Source of the DNA: a virus
Reading direction: 5' to 3' (one strand)
Length of the DNA: 15,323 nt
IMG/VR virus record: IMGVR_UViG_3300026549_000368
Span: 1 to 15,323 of that record
Numbering within the stretch: position 1 is the stretch's first letter; each line of letters begins with the position of its first letter. The notes under the pieces are model-generated. The model searched no databases. It was not told where the DNA came from and was given only the letters and a program-made list of their open reading frames with translations. This document shows, in pieces, positions 1-8,459 of this stretch. The position numbers and the translations under genes are program-made.

Positions 1-14
1 AAAATATGATACGT

Positions 15-198
15 TTGTTCGGAAAAACACAAATTAACACAAATTTTCAAAAAACTATTGACATTTAATCCAAATTGTGTTATCATATAATTATCAAGTA
101 ATTATCTTGAATTTGGGTTGTGTACCTTAATGCAAATTGTGTTATCAAGTGATTATCTTGAATTTGGGTTGCGTCCGTCGCAAGAAAGAAGGGTTTTT
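15..198 (+). repeat. Left terminal inverted repeat, matching 15139..15323 on the opposite strand with few differences (one 1-nt indel)
   Basis: Direct comparison: 15.. ttgttcggaaaaacacaaattaacacaaattttcaaaaaactattgacatttaatccaaattgtgttatc... equals the reverse complement of the window end (ttgttcggaaaaagacaaattaac...), through ...gcgtccgtcgcaagaaagaagggttttt. Confidence 0.97.
58..86 (+). promoter_or_regulatory. Left early promoter inside the inverted repeat (TTGACA-17-TATCAT)
   Basis: TTGACA at 58-63, 17-nt spacer, TATCAT at 81-86, upstream of ssb. Confidence 0.8.
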
Positions 199-549
199 AT
201 GAATAAGATAGAATTAATGGGAAGACTAGTAAATGATGTAGAACTAATGAAAGGAAAAACAAATTATTCAAAATTTACAATTGCAGTTAGAAGAAAAGCA
301 AAAGATGAAGTAGATTTTATTAACTGTATAGCATTTGGAAAAGTAGCCGAAGCAATAGTAAAATATACTGAAAAAGGTAATAGAATAATTGTCGAAGGTT
401 CAATTCAAATTGAAAAATATGAAACAAAAGAAGGAAATAAAGTAACTACATTTTATGTAATAGTTAATGATTTTTATTTTGTAGATTTTAAAACAAAAAA
501 AGAAGAAAAAACTACAAACGATCTTTTACCAGATGACTTACCATTTTAA
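199..549 (+). CDS. ssb: Single-stranded DNA-binding protein, bacterial OB-fold type
   Basis: MNKIELMGRLVNDVELMKGKTNYSKFTIAVRRK..DFINCIAFGKVAEAIVKYTEKGNRIIVEGSIQIEKYETKEGNKVTTFYVIVNDF...DDLPF. RBS-like agaagg precedes ATG at 199; the track start at 118 is judged too long. Confidence 0.93.
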   Translation: MNKIELMGRLVNDVELMKGKTNYSKFTIAVRRKAKDEVDFINCIAFGKVAEAIVKYTEKGNRIIVEGSIQIEKYETKEGNKVTTFYVIVNDFYFVDFKTKKEEKTTNDLLPDDLPF

Positions 550-570
550 TAAGAAAAAGGGTGATAAAAA

Positions 571-1146
571 ATGAAAAAAGAAATGACTTCTGAAGAAAAA
601 GAATTATATGGAGAGTTAAGAACATTAGTAAAAAGAGCAAATCAAAGATTGCTAAGCTTGGAAAGATTAGTAGGGGAAAAAGATTCATTTGCTGCAAAAC
701 AATTATTTGATTATTTATCATCTGAAAAATTAAAAGCAGTAACAAAAACAAATAGAATAAAAACAGAGAATTTCAATTTAGAGCAAATGGGAGCAATAAA
801 AAGTGCTGTTGAAAATTTCTTAGATAAAGATAGCTTATCTACTATAACTAATATTAAAAAATATAAAGCAAAAGTAGAAAAAGCTCTTGGTACTGAAATT
901 TCATTTAAAGATTTATCTGCTATATATAGAGCAAGAGATTTATGGAAATGGGCAGAAGATCAATATGGATCAGCATTTTGGACAGATTTTGCACCGAGAA
1001 TATTAGACCAAAATAAAAATGAATGGATTAAATTTGCTAAAACATATGCAGAAGAAGGAAATGATTTAGAGTTAAAAGAAAAATTATCACAAATTTATGA
1101 TTACATACAAAAGCACGGGCTTAGGGGGGCGATTAATTTTGATTAA
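571..1146 (+). CDS. Putative terminal protein (protein primer for genome replication)
   Basis: 191-aa charged protein located immediately upstream of the protein-primed DNA polymerase; RBS aaaggg upstream. Assignment is mostly positional. Confidence 0.68.
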   Translation: MKKEMTSEEKELYGELRTLVKRANQRLLSLERLVGEKDSFAAKQLFDYLSSEKLKAVTKTNRIKTENFNLEQMGAIKSAVENFLDKDSLSTITNIKKYKAKVEKALGTEISFKDLSAIYRARDLWKWAEDQYGSAFWTDFAPRILDQNKNEWIKFAKTYAEEGNDLELKEKLSQIYDYIQKHGLRGAINFD

Positions 1147-3199
1147 ATGGGATAAATATATAAGTCATATTGTAGACAAGAAAAATAAAAAACGGCGAAG
1201 TTTTTGATAATACGATATATACGTTTGATATTGAGACATCATCGTATATAATATTAGATGGAAAGCAATATGAAACAGAAATATATTTATCCTTCTCTGA
1301 AGAAGAGAAAGAAAGATGCGTTTTCATGTCAACCATGTATATTTGGATGTTTAGTATTAATGAATTGGTATATTATGGTAGGACATGGGAAGAATTTATT
1401 CAATTTTTGAATTTATTAGAAAATTCTACATCTGGAATAAAAAAATATGTATTTGTACATAATTTATCTTTCGAATTTGATTTTTTGCGAAATGCAATAA
1501 AATACAAAAGTGTATTTTCGAGAAAAGCTAGAAAAGTAATAAAATGTGAGTTATTAGATTATAATATTGAATTTAGATGTACTTATTATATGACAAATGT
1601 AAAACTTGAACGTTTACCAGAATTATATAATTTACCAGTTCAAAAATTAAGTGGTACTTTAGATTACACCAAAATAAGGCATTCCGAATCATATTTATCA
1701 AAAGATGAATTACAATATTGTGAAAATGATTGTTTAGTTATATATTATTATATAAAGTTACAATTGGAACAATTTAAAAATGTAAATAGATTACCACTCA
1801 CATCGACTGGTTTTGTACGTAAGGAATTAAAAACAAGAATTTATAGAAATTATAAATATAAAAATAAAGTAAAACGCTCAATAAATACTAATGGTCACAT
1901 ATTTAATCTACTTGAGAGTGCATTTATGCGGTGGTTATACTCATGCAAATTGGACTAAATCAGGTAAAAAAATAAAAAATGTTACAAGTTATGATTTTAC
2001 ATCGAGCTATCCTTTTGTAATGCTCACCGAAAAATATCCGTCATCAGAATTCAAAAAATGTAACATAAAAAGTATATCACAAATTTTAGATTGTTTTTGT
2101 TATATAATAAAAGTTACATTTTTTGGAATTCGTTGTAAATATTGGAATAATTTTATTTCGTCATCAAAATGTGTATATATAAAAAATGGTAGATATGATA
2201 ACGGAAGAATAATTTCAGCTGATGAGATTCAAATTATACTTACAGATATAGATCTAAAGTTTATATTTGAAACTCATTTAATTGATAAGTATGAATTTAA
2301 TGAAGTATTTTGGTCAAGAAAAGATTATCTACCAAAAGAGTTATTAGAATTTATATTAGAAAAATATGAAAATAAAACAAAATTTAAAGGTGTTGAAGGT
2401 AAAGAAATAGAATATGCATTAGAAAAACGGAAAATTTAATAGTATATATGGAATGTGTGTAACAAATGAAATTAGGGATAATGTAATATATAATAATATA
2501 GAATGGGATGAAGTAGAGCTTACGAATGAAGAAATAATAGAAAAATTAAATGAACAAAAAGAAAATCCATTTTTATCATATTCATATGGTGTTTGGGTAA
2601 CTGCATATGCAAGATTTAATTTACTTTCAAATTTAGTAAAACTTGATAATAAAGTAATTTATAGTGATACAGACTCTCTAAAATTAGAAGAAGGGTTTGA
2701 CATAAAAGTAATTGAGGATTATAATAAAAATGTATTAGAAAAGATTAAAAAGGCTTCAAATGATTTAAAATTACCAATAGAAAAATTTAGCCCTATTGAT
2801 AAAGATGGAAAAGCGCATACAATTGGGTTATTTGATTTTGATGGATTTTATAGAGAGTTTAAAACATTAGGAGCAAAAAAGTATTCGTATATAGATAATG
2901 ATAATAATATTCATATTACGGTTTCTGGAGTACCTAAAAAAGGGGCTGCAGCATTAAAAAATCTAGATGAATTTAGTAATGATTTCGTATTTGAATATAA
3001 ATATACTGGTAAAAACTTAATAGTATATAATGACGATCAGCAAGAATTTAATCTTACAGATTATGCTGGAAAGAAATATGCCGTCAAAGATAGATATGGA
3101 ATTTGTATAATTCCAACAACATATAAATTAGGAATTTCAGATGATTATGCAAATTTAATAAGTGATGAAAGTTCAAAACATGCAAGATATAAAGAATAG
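1139..3199 (+). CDS. Protein-primed family B DNA polymerase (DNA_pol_B_2-like), requires three +1 frameshifts: join(1139..1192,1194..1928,1930..2427,2429..3199)
   Basis: Exo I TFDIETSS, Exo II VHNLSFEFDFL, Exo III YCENDCLVI, GGYTHAN, SYDFTSSYP, K-x3-NSIYGM, YSDTDSL, FKTLGAKKY motifs distributed over successive frames; joined ORF 685 aa. TTG start at 1139 inferred, preceded by aggggggc. Confidence 0.92.
1193..1195 (+). other. Frameshift site 1: in-frame CGG (AAA AAA CGG CGA AGT TTT TGA); skipping C1193 gives AAA AAA GGC GAA GTT TTT GAT
   Basis: Upstream frame stops at 1205 (TGA); downstream frame is closed before 1176 (TAG 1173-1175) and carries DIET at 1227-1238. Confidence 0.75.
1929..1931 (+). 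other. Frameshift site 2: in-frame CGG (GCA TTT ATG CGG TGG TTA); skipping C1929 gives GCA TTT ATG GGT GGT TAT ACT CAT GCA AAT = AFMGGYTHAN
   Basis: The conserved (x)GG(Y/F)T motif is restored only in the +1 frame; the upstream frame ends at 1958. Confidence 0.8.
2428..2430 (+). other. Frameshift site 3: in-frame CGG (GAA AAA CGG AAA ATT TAA); skipping C2428 gives GAA AAA GGA AAA TTT AAT AGT ATA TAT GGA = EKGKFNSIYG
   Basis: Upstream frame stops at 2437 (TAA), downstream frame is closed at 2420 (TAG); the window between the two stops contains the CGG. Confidence 0.8.
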
Positions 3200-3208
3200 A
3201 GGTGAAAT

Positions 3209-3394
3209 ATGCAAGATTTAGAATATATAAAAAAATTTTCTAAAATTACTATATCCAAAATATGTAGAAAAAATAAAATAAATAGGTCAAATTTATATAA
3301 TGGTAAAAGTACAAGAAGAAATGAAAGATTAGTAAGAGAAGAAATAGAATCAGAACTTGCAAAATTATATATAAGGAATGATGAAAATGTCTAA
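3209..3394 (+). CDS. Small putative helix-turn-helix protein
   Basis: 61 aa, ITISKICRKNKINRSNLYNGKST resembles an HTH; RBS agaggtga upstream. Confidence 0.6.
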   Translation: MQDLEYIKKFSKITISKICRKNKINRSNLYNGKSTRRNERLVREEIESELAKLYIRNDENV

Positions 3395-4475
3395 TAAAAA
3401 ACAAATACATTATAATTTAGATGCTATTGATAAAATTGGTGCTAGGTTTAATTTAATATATGGCGAGCGTTCAAATGGAAAATCATATCAAGTAAAGCAT
3501 AAAAAAGGCGTTGAAAAGTATTTAAATACAGGAAAAAGATTTATTTTATTAAGAAGATGGAAAGAAGAGATAACAACAGAAAAAATAGAGCAATACTTTG
3601 CTGATGTTGATGTTGCAAAATTAACGAATGGGATGTATAATTGTATTACAGTATATAAAAAGAATTTATTTTTATCAAAATATGATATTGAAACAGGAAA
3701 AACAAAAAGAGGGGAAAAGATTGGATATGTTGTGGCATTATCAACAGAGCAAAATTATGCAGGGGCAAGTTATTTGGATGTAGAAGACATTATATTCGAA
3801 GAATTTATTTCTAGAAATGTTTATCTGCCGAATGAAGCAAATAAATTAATGAATATATATGCAACAGTAGACCGTAAAAGATTAACAACAAGACTTTGGA
3901 TGGTTGGAAATACTATTTCAAGAGTTTGCCCTTATATAAATGATTGGGATCTACATAGTATAATTTCATCTCAAAAACAGGGAACAATTGTGACTAAAGA
4001 AATAATAGATTCTAATGATGACAAAGTAATAATTGCAATGGAATATTGTGCATCAACAAATCAAACATCTGGAACAATTGGAACAAATGCAAAAATGATA
4101 AATACAGGGGCTTGGGAAACAAAACCACAGCCACATCTTCCAAAAAGTTATAATGATTATGATGTATTATTTCGTTTTGGTTTTCAATATCAAAGTTTTA
4201 AATTCTTAAGTGAATATTTGATAGATAAAGAAGAAAGAAAAAATCCGATATGGTTTATACGTCCATATAATAAAGATTTTTTTAACAAAACAATTGTATT
4301 TTCGGATGTAATAAATGTATCTAAATACTGGCAAAGAGATATATATAATATAACAATAAAAAATGATAAATTACGTAATTTGTTTATGACATTTAGAGAG
4401 AGCAAAATATTTTATTCTAGTGATATGTGTGGAACAGATTTTAAACAAGTTATTGATTTTCAAATTAGGAGGTAA
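3387..4475 (+). CDS. DNA encapsidation ATPase (phi29 gp16-like)
   Basis: Walker A-like GERSNGKSY, downstream DVEDIIFEEF (Walker B-like), overall pattern of podovirus packaging ATPases. Start at 3378 or 3387 uncertain. Confidence 0.9.
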   Translation: MSNKKQIHYNLDAIDKIGARFNLIYGERSNGKSYQVKHKKGVEKYLNTGKRFILLRRWKEEITTEKIEQYFADVDVAKLTNGMYNCITVYKKNLFLSKYDIETGKTKRGEKIGYVVALSTEQNYAGASYLDVEDIIFEEFISRNVYLPNEANKLMNIYATVDRKRLTTRLWMVGNTISRVCPYINDWDLHSIISSQKQGTIVTKEIIDSNDDKVIIAMEYCASTNQTSGTIGTNAKMINTGAWETKPQPHLPKSYNDYDVLFRFGFQYQSFKFLSEYLIDKEERKNPIWFIRPYNKDFFNKTIVFSDVINVSKYWQRDIYNITIKNDKLRNLFMTFRESKIFYSSDMCGTDFKQVIDFQIRR

Positions 4476-4477
4476 AA

Positions 4478-6073
4478 ATGGAAAGTCAAATTATATTATG
4501 TAGAAATATAAATATAGATAAAGAATACACAAATGTATTAAATTATACAGAAAATCAGATGGTTTCGTTATGTAGAGCAAATGCAGTTGCAAGCGCTAAT
4601 AATTATTCTTTTTTAAGACCAACAGGAACAATTTTTGTTGGATTTACTTATTCACAATGTATTGGGGCAAATTATATTGCATTTCAAAATCCAGACTATT
4701 CAAATAAATGGTTTTTTGCTTGGATTGATGATGTAATATATAAAAGTGATAAAAATTGTGAATTAGTATTTACTATTGATGCATGGTCTACTTGGTTTGA
4801 TTATTGGACACCTAAAAAGTGTTTTATTAATAGACAACATGTGACAGATGATACAGTGGGATTGTATACTATACCAGAGAATCTAAATATTGGAGATTTA
4901 ATATGTGATTATGAAAGAACAAGTAATAAAATTGGATCCGAAAGCTATTTTTATTATGTTATAGCATCAAATTATGATCCTACAAACCAATCAAGATCAG
5001 CAGGAATTGCAATGTATGGAGATTATCCTCAAGGTTCAATTTGGTTTGCATGGCTTGTAAATAGACTAAATTATACTCAAACAATAGATGAAATATCTCA
5101 ATGGATTTATGATATTACAAGGCAAGGGCATCCTGGAGATATTACAGCTATGTTTGCATTGCCATATCAATCATTTGATTTAATAGGTGATATTGATCCA
5201 ACTACACATAAAGTTTTAAGTGGTGGTGGAATAAAACTACAGGATACAGAAGTATTTTCTAAATCTACAATTAGAAATTTCAGTGATTTTACACCAAAAA
5301 ACAATAAATGTTTAGTATACCCATATTCTTTTATTAGAGTTACTAATAACATGGGAAGTTATAATGATTATAAAATTGAAGATTTTAATGAATTAGATCT
5401 TAATAATAATCCAACAGATAATATGACTTTTGAGTTTATTGGTGTACCATGTTTAGGATATTCTGGAAAAATTAGACCTAAATATTATAAGGGTTTGACA
5501 TATAATGAAGATGAATCATTACCATTGGGAAAATATCCAGCTCTTTCTTGGTCTAGTGATGCATTTACAAACTGGGCAACTCAAAATGCTGTAAATTTAG
5601 CAGGTGGTATTACAATGAATTCTATTTCATCTGGTCTTCAAATGTCTAATGGGAATATAATTGGAGGTATTACAAATTACACTTCTACTATATTAAATAT
5701 GATAGGTTCATTTTATTCAGCATCTATGATGCCAAATACTGCTCAAGGAAATGTTAATTCTGGAGATATTTCTTTTTTATTTAATTTAAATAGATTTAAA
5801 ATAATGCATATGAGACCTAAAGTAGAATATTTGCAGATCATCGATGATTTTTTCACACGTTTTGGATATAAAATTTGTAAACTAGAAACTCCTAATATAA
5901 GTGGAAGACAATATTGGAACTATATTGAGATTGGAAGCAATGAAGAAATAGGAACAGGTGATGTACCATCAAAATATATGGATATTATAAATAATGCTTG
6001 TAGGCGTGGTGTAACAATATGGCATGATCACTCAAATGTTGGAGATTATAGTTTGAATAATGTTATAATATAA
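4478..6073 (+). CDS. Major tail / distal tail knob protein (phi29 gp9-like)
   Basis: N-terminus MESQIILCRNINIDKEYTNVLNYTENQM...ANNYSFLRP...; 531 aa; RBS ggaggt upstream. Confidence 0.8.
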   Translation: MESQIILCRNINIDKEYTNVLNYTENQMVSLCRANAVASANNYSFLRPTGTIFVGFTYSQCIGANYIAFQNPDYSNKWFFAWIDDVIYKSDKNCELVFTIDAWSTWFDYWTPKKCFINRQHVTDDTVGLYTIPENLNIGDLICDYERTSNKIGSESYFYYVIASNYDPTNQSRSAGIAMYGDYPQGSIWFAWLVNRLNYTQTIDEISQWIYDITRQGHPGDITAMFALPYQSFDLIGDIDPTTHKVLSGGGIKLQDTEVFSKSTIRNFSDFTPKNNKCLVYPYSFIRVTNNMGSYNDYKIEDFNELDLNNNPTDNMTFEFIGVPCLGYSGKIRPKYYKGLTYNEDESLPLGKYPALSWSSDAFTNWATQNAVNLAGGITMNSISSGLQMSNGNIIGGITNYTSTILNMIGSFYSASMMPNTAQGNVNSGDISFLFNLNRFKIMHMRPKVEYLQIIDDFFTRFGYKICKLETPNISGRQYWNYIEIGSNEEIGTGDVPSKYMDIINNACRRGVTIWHDHSNVGDYSLNNVII

Positions 6074-6096
6074 AAAAGAGGGAAATTCCCTCTTTT
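6073..6096. terminator. Bidirectional intrinsic terminator between converging arms
   Basis: AAAAAGAGGG-AAATT-CCCTCTTTT; stem GAGGG/CCCTC with A-run upstream and T-run downstream. Confidence 0.85.
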
Positions 6097-7669
6097 ATAT
6101 TTTTGTAATCGATGTTGTTATATATGCACCACTTCCAGGAGTGATTTGCAAATTATTATTTGTTAAATTAATACTCGCCCAGCCAACGCCTCCTGCTATT
6201 GCGGTTACATTTCCGGTATTATTATCTGAATTTCCAGTAGCAACAATATAAAATCCATTCGCAGATACATTTCCAGATGCCATATTAGACAAAGATATTA
6301 GATAAAATGAATTATTTAATAATTTATATGTCTTTACAACCTGTCCAACATAACCACTTTGTAAATATCTTGTTTTATTTAATTTTTGTAAGTTAAATAC
6401 ATTATTATTTTCAATAATATCAAACATATTTTCATTTATAAAAATGTCAAATTCTTCTGGATTTACATTTGTTAAATATATTAATTCTGGATTTTGAGGT
6501 ACTAATTTAGTTCTTGTACCACATTGTTCTGCAATAGGGTCTTCTATTGGTCCTCCTTTTAAGTCTAAACCTAATGAACAACCTAAATAGCCATAAGGTG
6601 CATTTGTATATACTGGCATTCTAACAGCTAAATACCTATAATTTGTGTTTGTTGGTATATAATCTTCATTTGTACCAAGCCAACCATGAAGTGCTTTTTG
6701 ATTTATATCATTATAATTAACAGATACTCTATGATAATTATCTACAGCTGTATATGGTAAATTATTTCCTCTTGACATATCTCCACCAGTATAATAGTTA
6801 TAAAAAGCACAATTCTCATAAAATCCATTATAAACTTCAATCCAAGTGTCTTTTGCTATATCGTAAGCCAAAACTTGCATTTTTCCGATATAAATATCAA
6901 ATGATTCTGGGACTTGTCCATTATAATTTGGATTTTTACAAAATTGAAACCATGGTACAATAGCAGTATAGTCATTCATATTCCAATGAATATTTGGGTT
7001 CCAATTCCAAGATTGTTTTTGATGTGCCCACATTATAGGATTTACAAAATCCGATGGAATTATCATATCTTCATATATTTTATTATATGCATTTAAATTT
7101 CTTTCTTGAATAATATTTGCTGTATTTTCTGAAACAGAAGGTGTTATATAATAACCATTTTTTATAAATTTTTGCATATTTTCTTTTATAAAGCTAGAAT
7201 TTTCTGCTTGAATAATATTATTATGTGGAACAAAAATTTTTTTATTTTGTGATAATATTTCTGCAATAGCTTGTGTTTTATCTTGTGCATTTGTATAATC
7301 AACAATATTTATATAATCAGGTTTCGCGAAATTCAAACTTTCTACATTTGTTTTTACTTCATTTAATTCATTATTCAAATTTTCAAAAATTTGAACATTA
7401 ATAATATTAGCTAATTCTCCACTTTCTGCCATTTCATTTAATTTATTATCTATTTCATCTTGAACGTCTAAATTATTAAAATAATTTGTTAAATCTTCAA
7501 CCTGTGTTCCTAACGTATTAGTACTATTAATTAATTTATTTAATTCTTTTCCCAATTTACAAAATAATTGCCATTCTGAAAGTGCATCAAAATCAGCCTC
7601 AATAAAAGGAAAATTCTCTAATACAAACCATTTAAATGGTGTTAAATTTTTATATTTAAAATTACTCAT
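6095..7669 (-). CDS. Tail appendage / receptor-binding-like structural protein
   Basis: 524 aa; N-terminus FKYKNLTPFKWFVLENFPFIEADFDALSEWQLFCKLGKELNKL typical of phage tail appendage N-terminal domains, followed by coiled-coil and a repetitive C-terminal region. Confidence 0.72.
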   Translation of the reverse strand: MSNFKYKNLTPFKWFVLENFPFIEADFDALSEWQLFCKLGKELNKLINSTNTLGTQVEDLTNYFNNLDVQDEIDNKLNEMAESGELANIINVQIFENLNNELNEVKTNVESLNFAKPDYINIVDYTNAQDKTQAIAEILSQNKKIFVPHNNIIQAENSSFIKENMQKFIKNGYYITPSVSENTANIIQERNLNAYNKIYEDMIIPSDFVNPIMWAHQKQSWNWNPNIHWNMNDYTAIVPWFQFCKNPNYNGQVPESFDIYIGKMQVLAYDIAKDTWIEVYNGFYENCAFYNYYTGGDMSRGNNLPYTAVDNYHRVSVNYNDINQKALHGWLGTNEDYIPTNTNYRYLAVRMPVYTNAPYGYLGCSLGLDLKGGPIEDPIAEQCGTRTKLVPQNPELIYLTNVNPEEFDIFINENMFDIIENNNVFNLQKLNKTRYLQSGYVGQVVKTYKLLNNSFYLISLSNMASGNVSANGFYIVATGNSDNNTGNVTAIAGGVGWASINLTNNNLQITPGSGAYITTSITKI

Positions 7670-7682
7670 TTTTTACTCCTTT

Positions 7683-8459
7683 CTATACTAATTGATAAAA
7701 AAGACATTCTAAATCTTTAAATATCATAGAATATATTGATTTTATATTTTCTTGCATTTCTTTTAAGATTGCAATTTTATCAGCTGGTGTTCTTGTTATA
7801 GTTTCATCATATATATTGTTATCTGTACCATTGTTTGTTGATTGAGATGAACCAGTACTTGTAGAATTATCTTCGCCATTATTTGTATTTGTATCATAAT
7901 TATAATTTGATACATAACTTCCATTTCGTAAATCTTCAAGTTGATTTTGTGGTAATACTGCATTACGTCTATCAGAAATATTATTTGTAGATGTAGTACT
8001 ATGATTAGAAATTTGATTAGATGTATTATTTGTGTTTTGCATTGTTTTGTTATTTGTTCCTGTTTTTGTTGTCACTTCTCCATCTTCAAATATTTTCCAA
8101 TTATCTAGTGCATCAAACATTTTATTATATAATGGCATAATTTCATTTAATTTAACATCTAACTGGATTCTAAATGCAGTTACTGTTTCAAATCCAATTC
8201 TTCTCATTAAAAAATGATTTAATATCATACATTCAAATTGCTCTTTTGATACTTTGTCAGATAATGGATAATCAAAATTAAATATTGTGCTACGTCCAAC
8301 TTTTGCTAAATCTTTTATTTTAACGTCAGGTGCAGGATTATTTAGATCAACATCAGGATTTACAATTGTTTCTAAAATAGCATAAATAGTTGGAGGTTTT
8401 TGCAAATTAGGTGGTAAAAAAGGATAAAACATTAAATAATTATTATAAATCGGAATCAT
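7683..8459 (-). CDS. Lower collar protein (gp11-like)
   Basis: Located directly after the portal gene; ~258 aa; start revised to the ATG following gaggtgggcgata. Confidence 0.72.
   Translation of the reverse strand: MIPIYNNYLMFYPFLPPNLQKPPTIYAILETIVNPDVDLNNPAPDVKIKDLAKVGRSTIFNFDYPLSDKVSKEQFECMILNHFLMRRIGFETVTAFRIQLDVKLNEIMPLYNKMFDALDNWKIFEDGEVTTKTGTNNKTMQNTNNTSNQISNHSTTSTNNISDRRNAVLPQNQLEDLRNGSYVSNYNYDTNTNNGEDNSTSTGSSQSTNNGTDNNIYDETITRTPADKIAILKEMQENIKSIYSMIFKDLECLFYQLV

Noticed and set aside
118-198. Upstream extension of the first ORF (MCTLMQIVLSSDYLEFGLRPSQERRVF) and the same peptide in the rightmost ORF
   Set aside because: It is encoded by the inverted repeat leader, lies upstream of a good RBS and ATG, and appears in both arms only because the repeats match.
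512-1336. Antisense ORFs 512..751 and 1133..1336 (-)
   Set aside because: Antisense to ssb/terminal protein/polymerase, low complexity, no RBS or recognisable domain.
1193-2430. Random sequencing or assembly errors as the full explanation of the split polymerase
   Set aside because: Not excludable without reads, but three same-direction changes each creating CGG before a Gly-compatible codon, with other large genes intact, make this less parsimonious. Kept as the main refuting hypothesis rather than accepted.
1202-2439. RF2-like slippage at UUU-UGA (1202-1207) and AUU-UAA (2434-2439) as the common mechanism
   Set aside because: Works for sites 1 and 3 but not for site 2, where no stop codon lies at the shift. 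CGG is the shared element.
4190-5352. Antisense ORFs 4190..4405 and 5167..5352 (-)
   Set aside because: Fully antisense to the ATPase and tail genes, no supporting signals.
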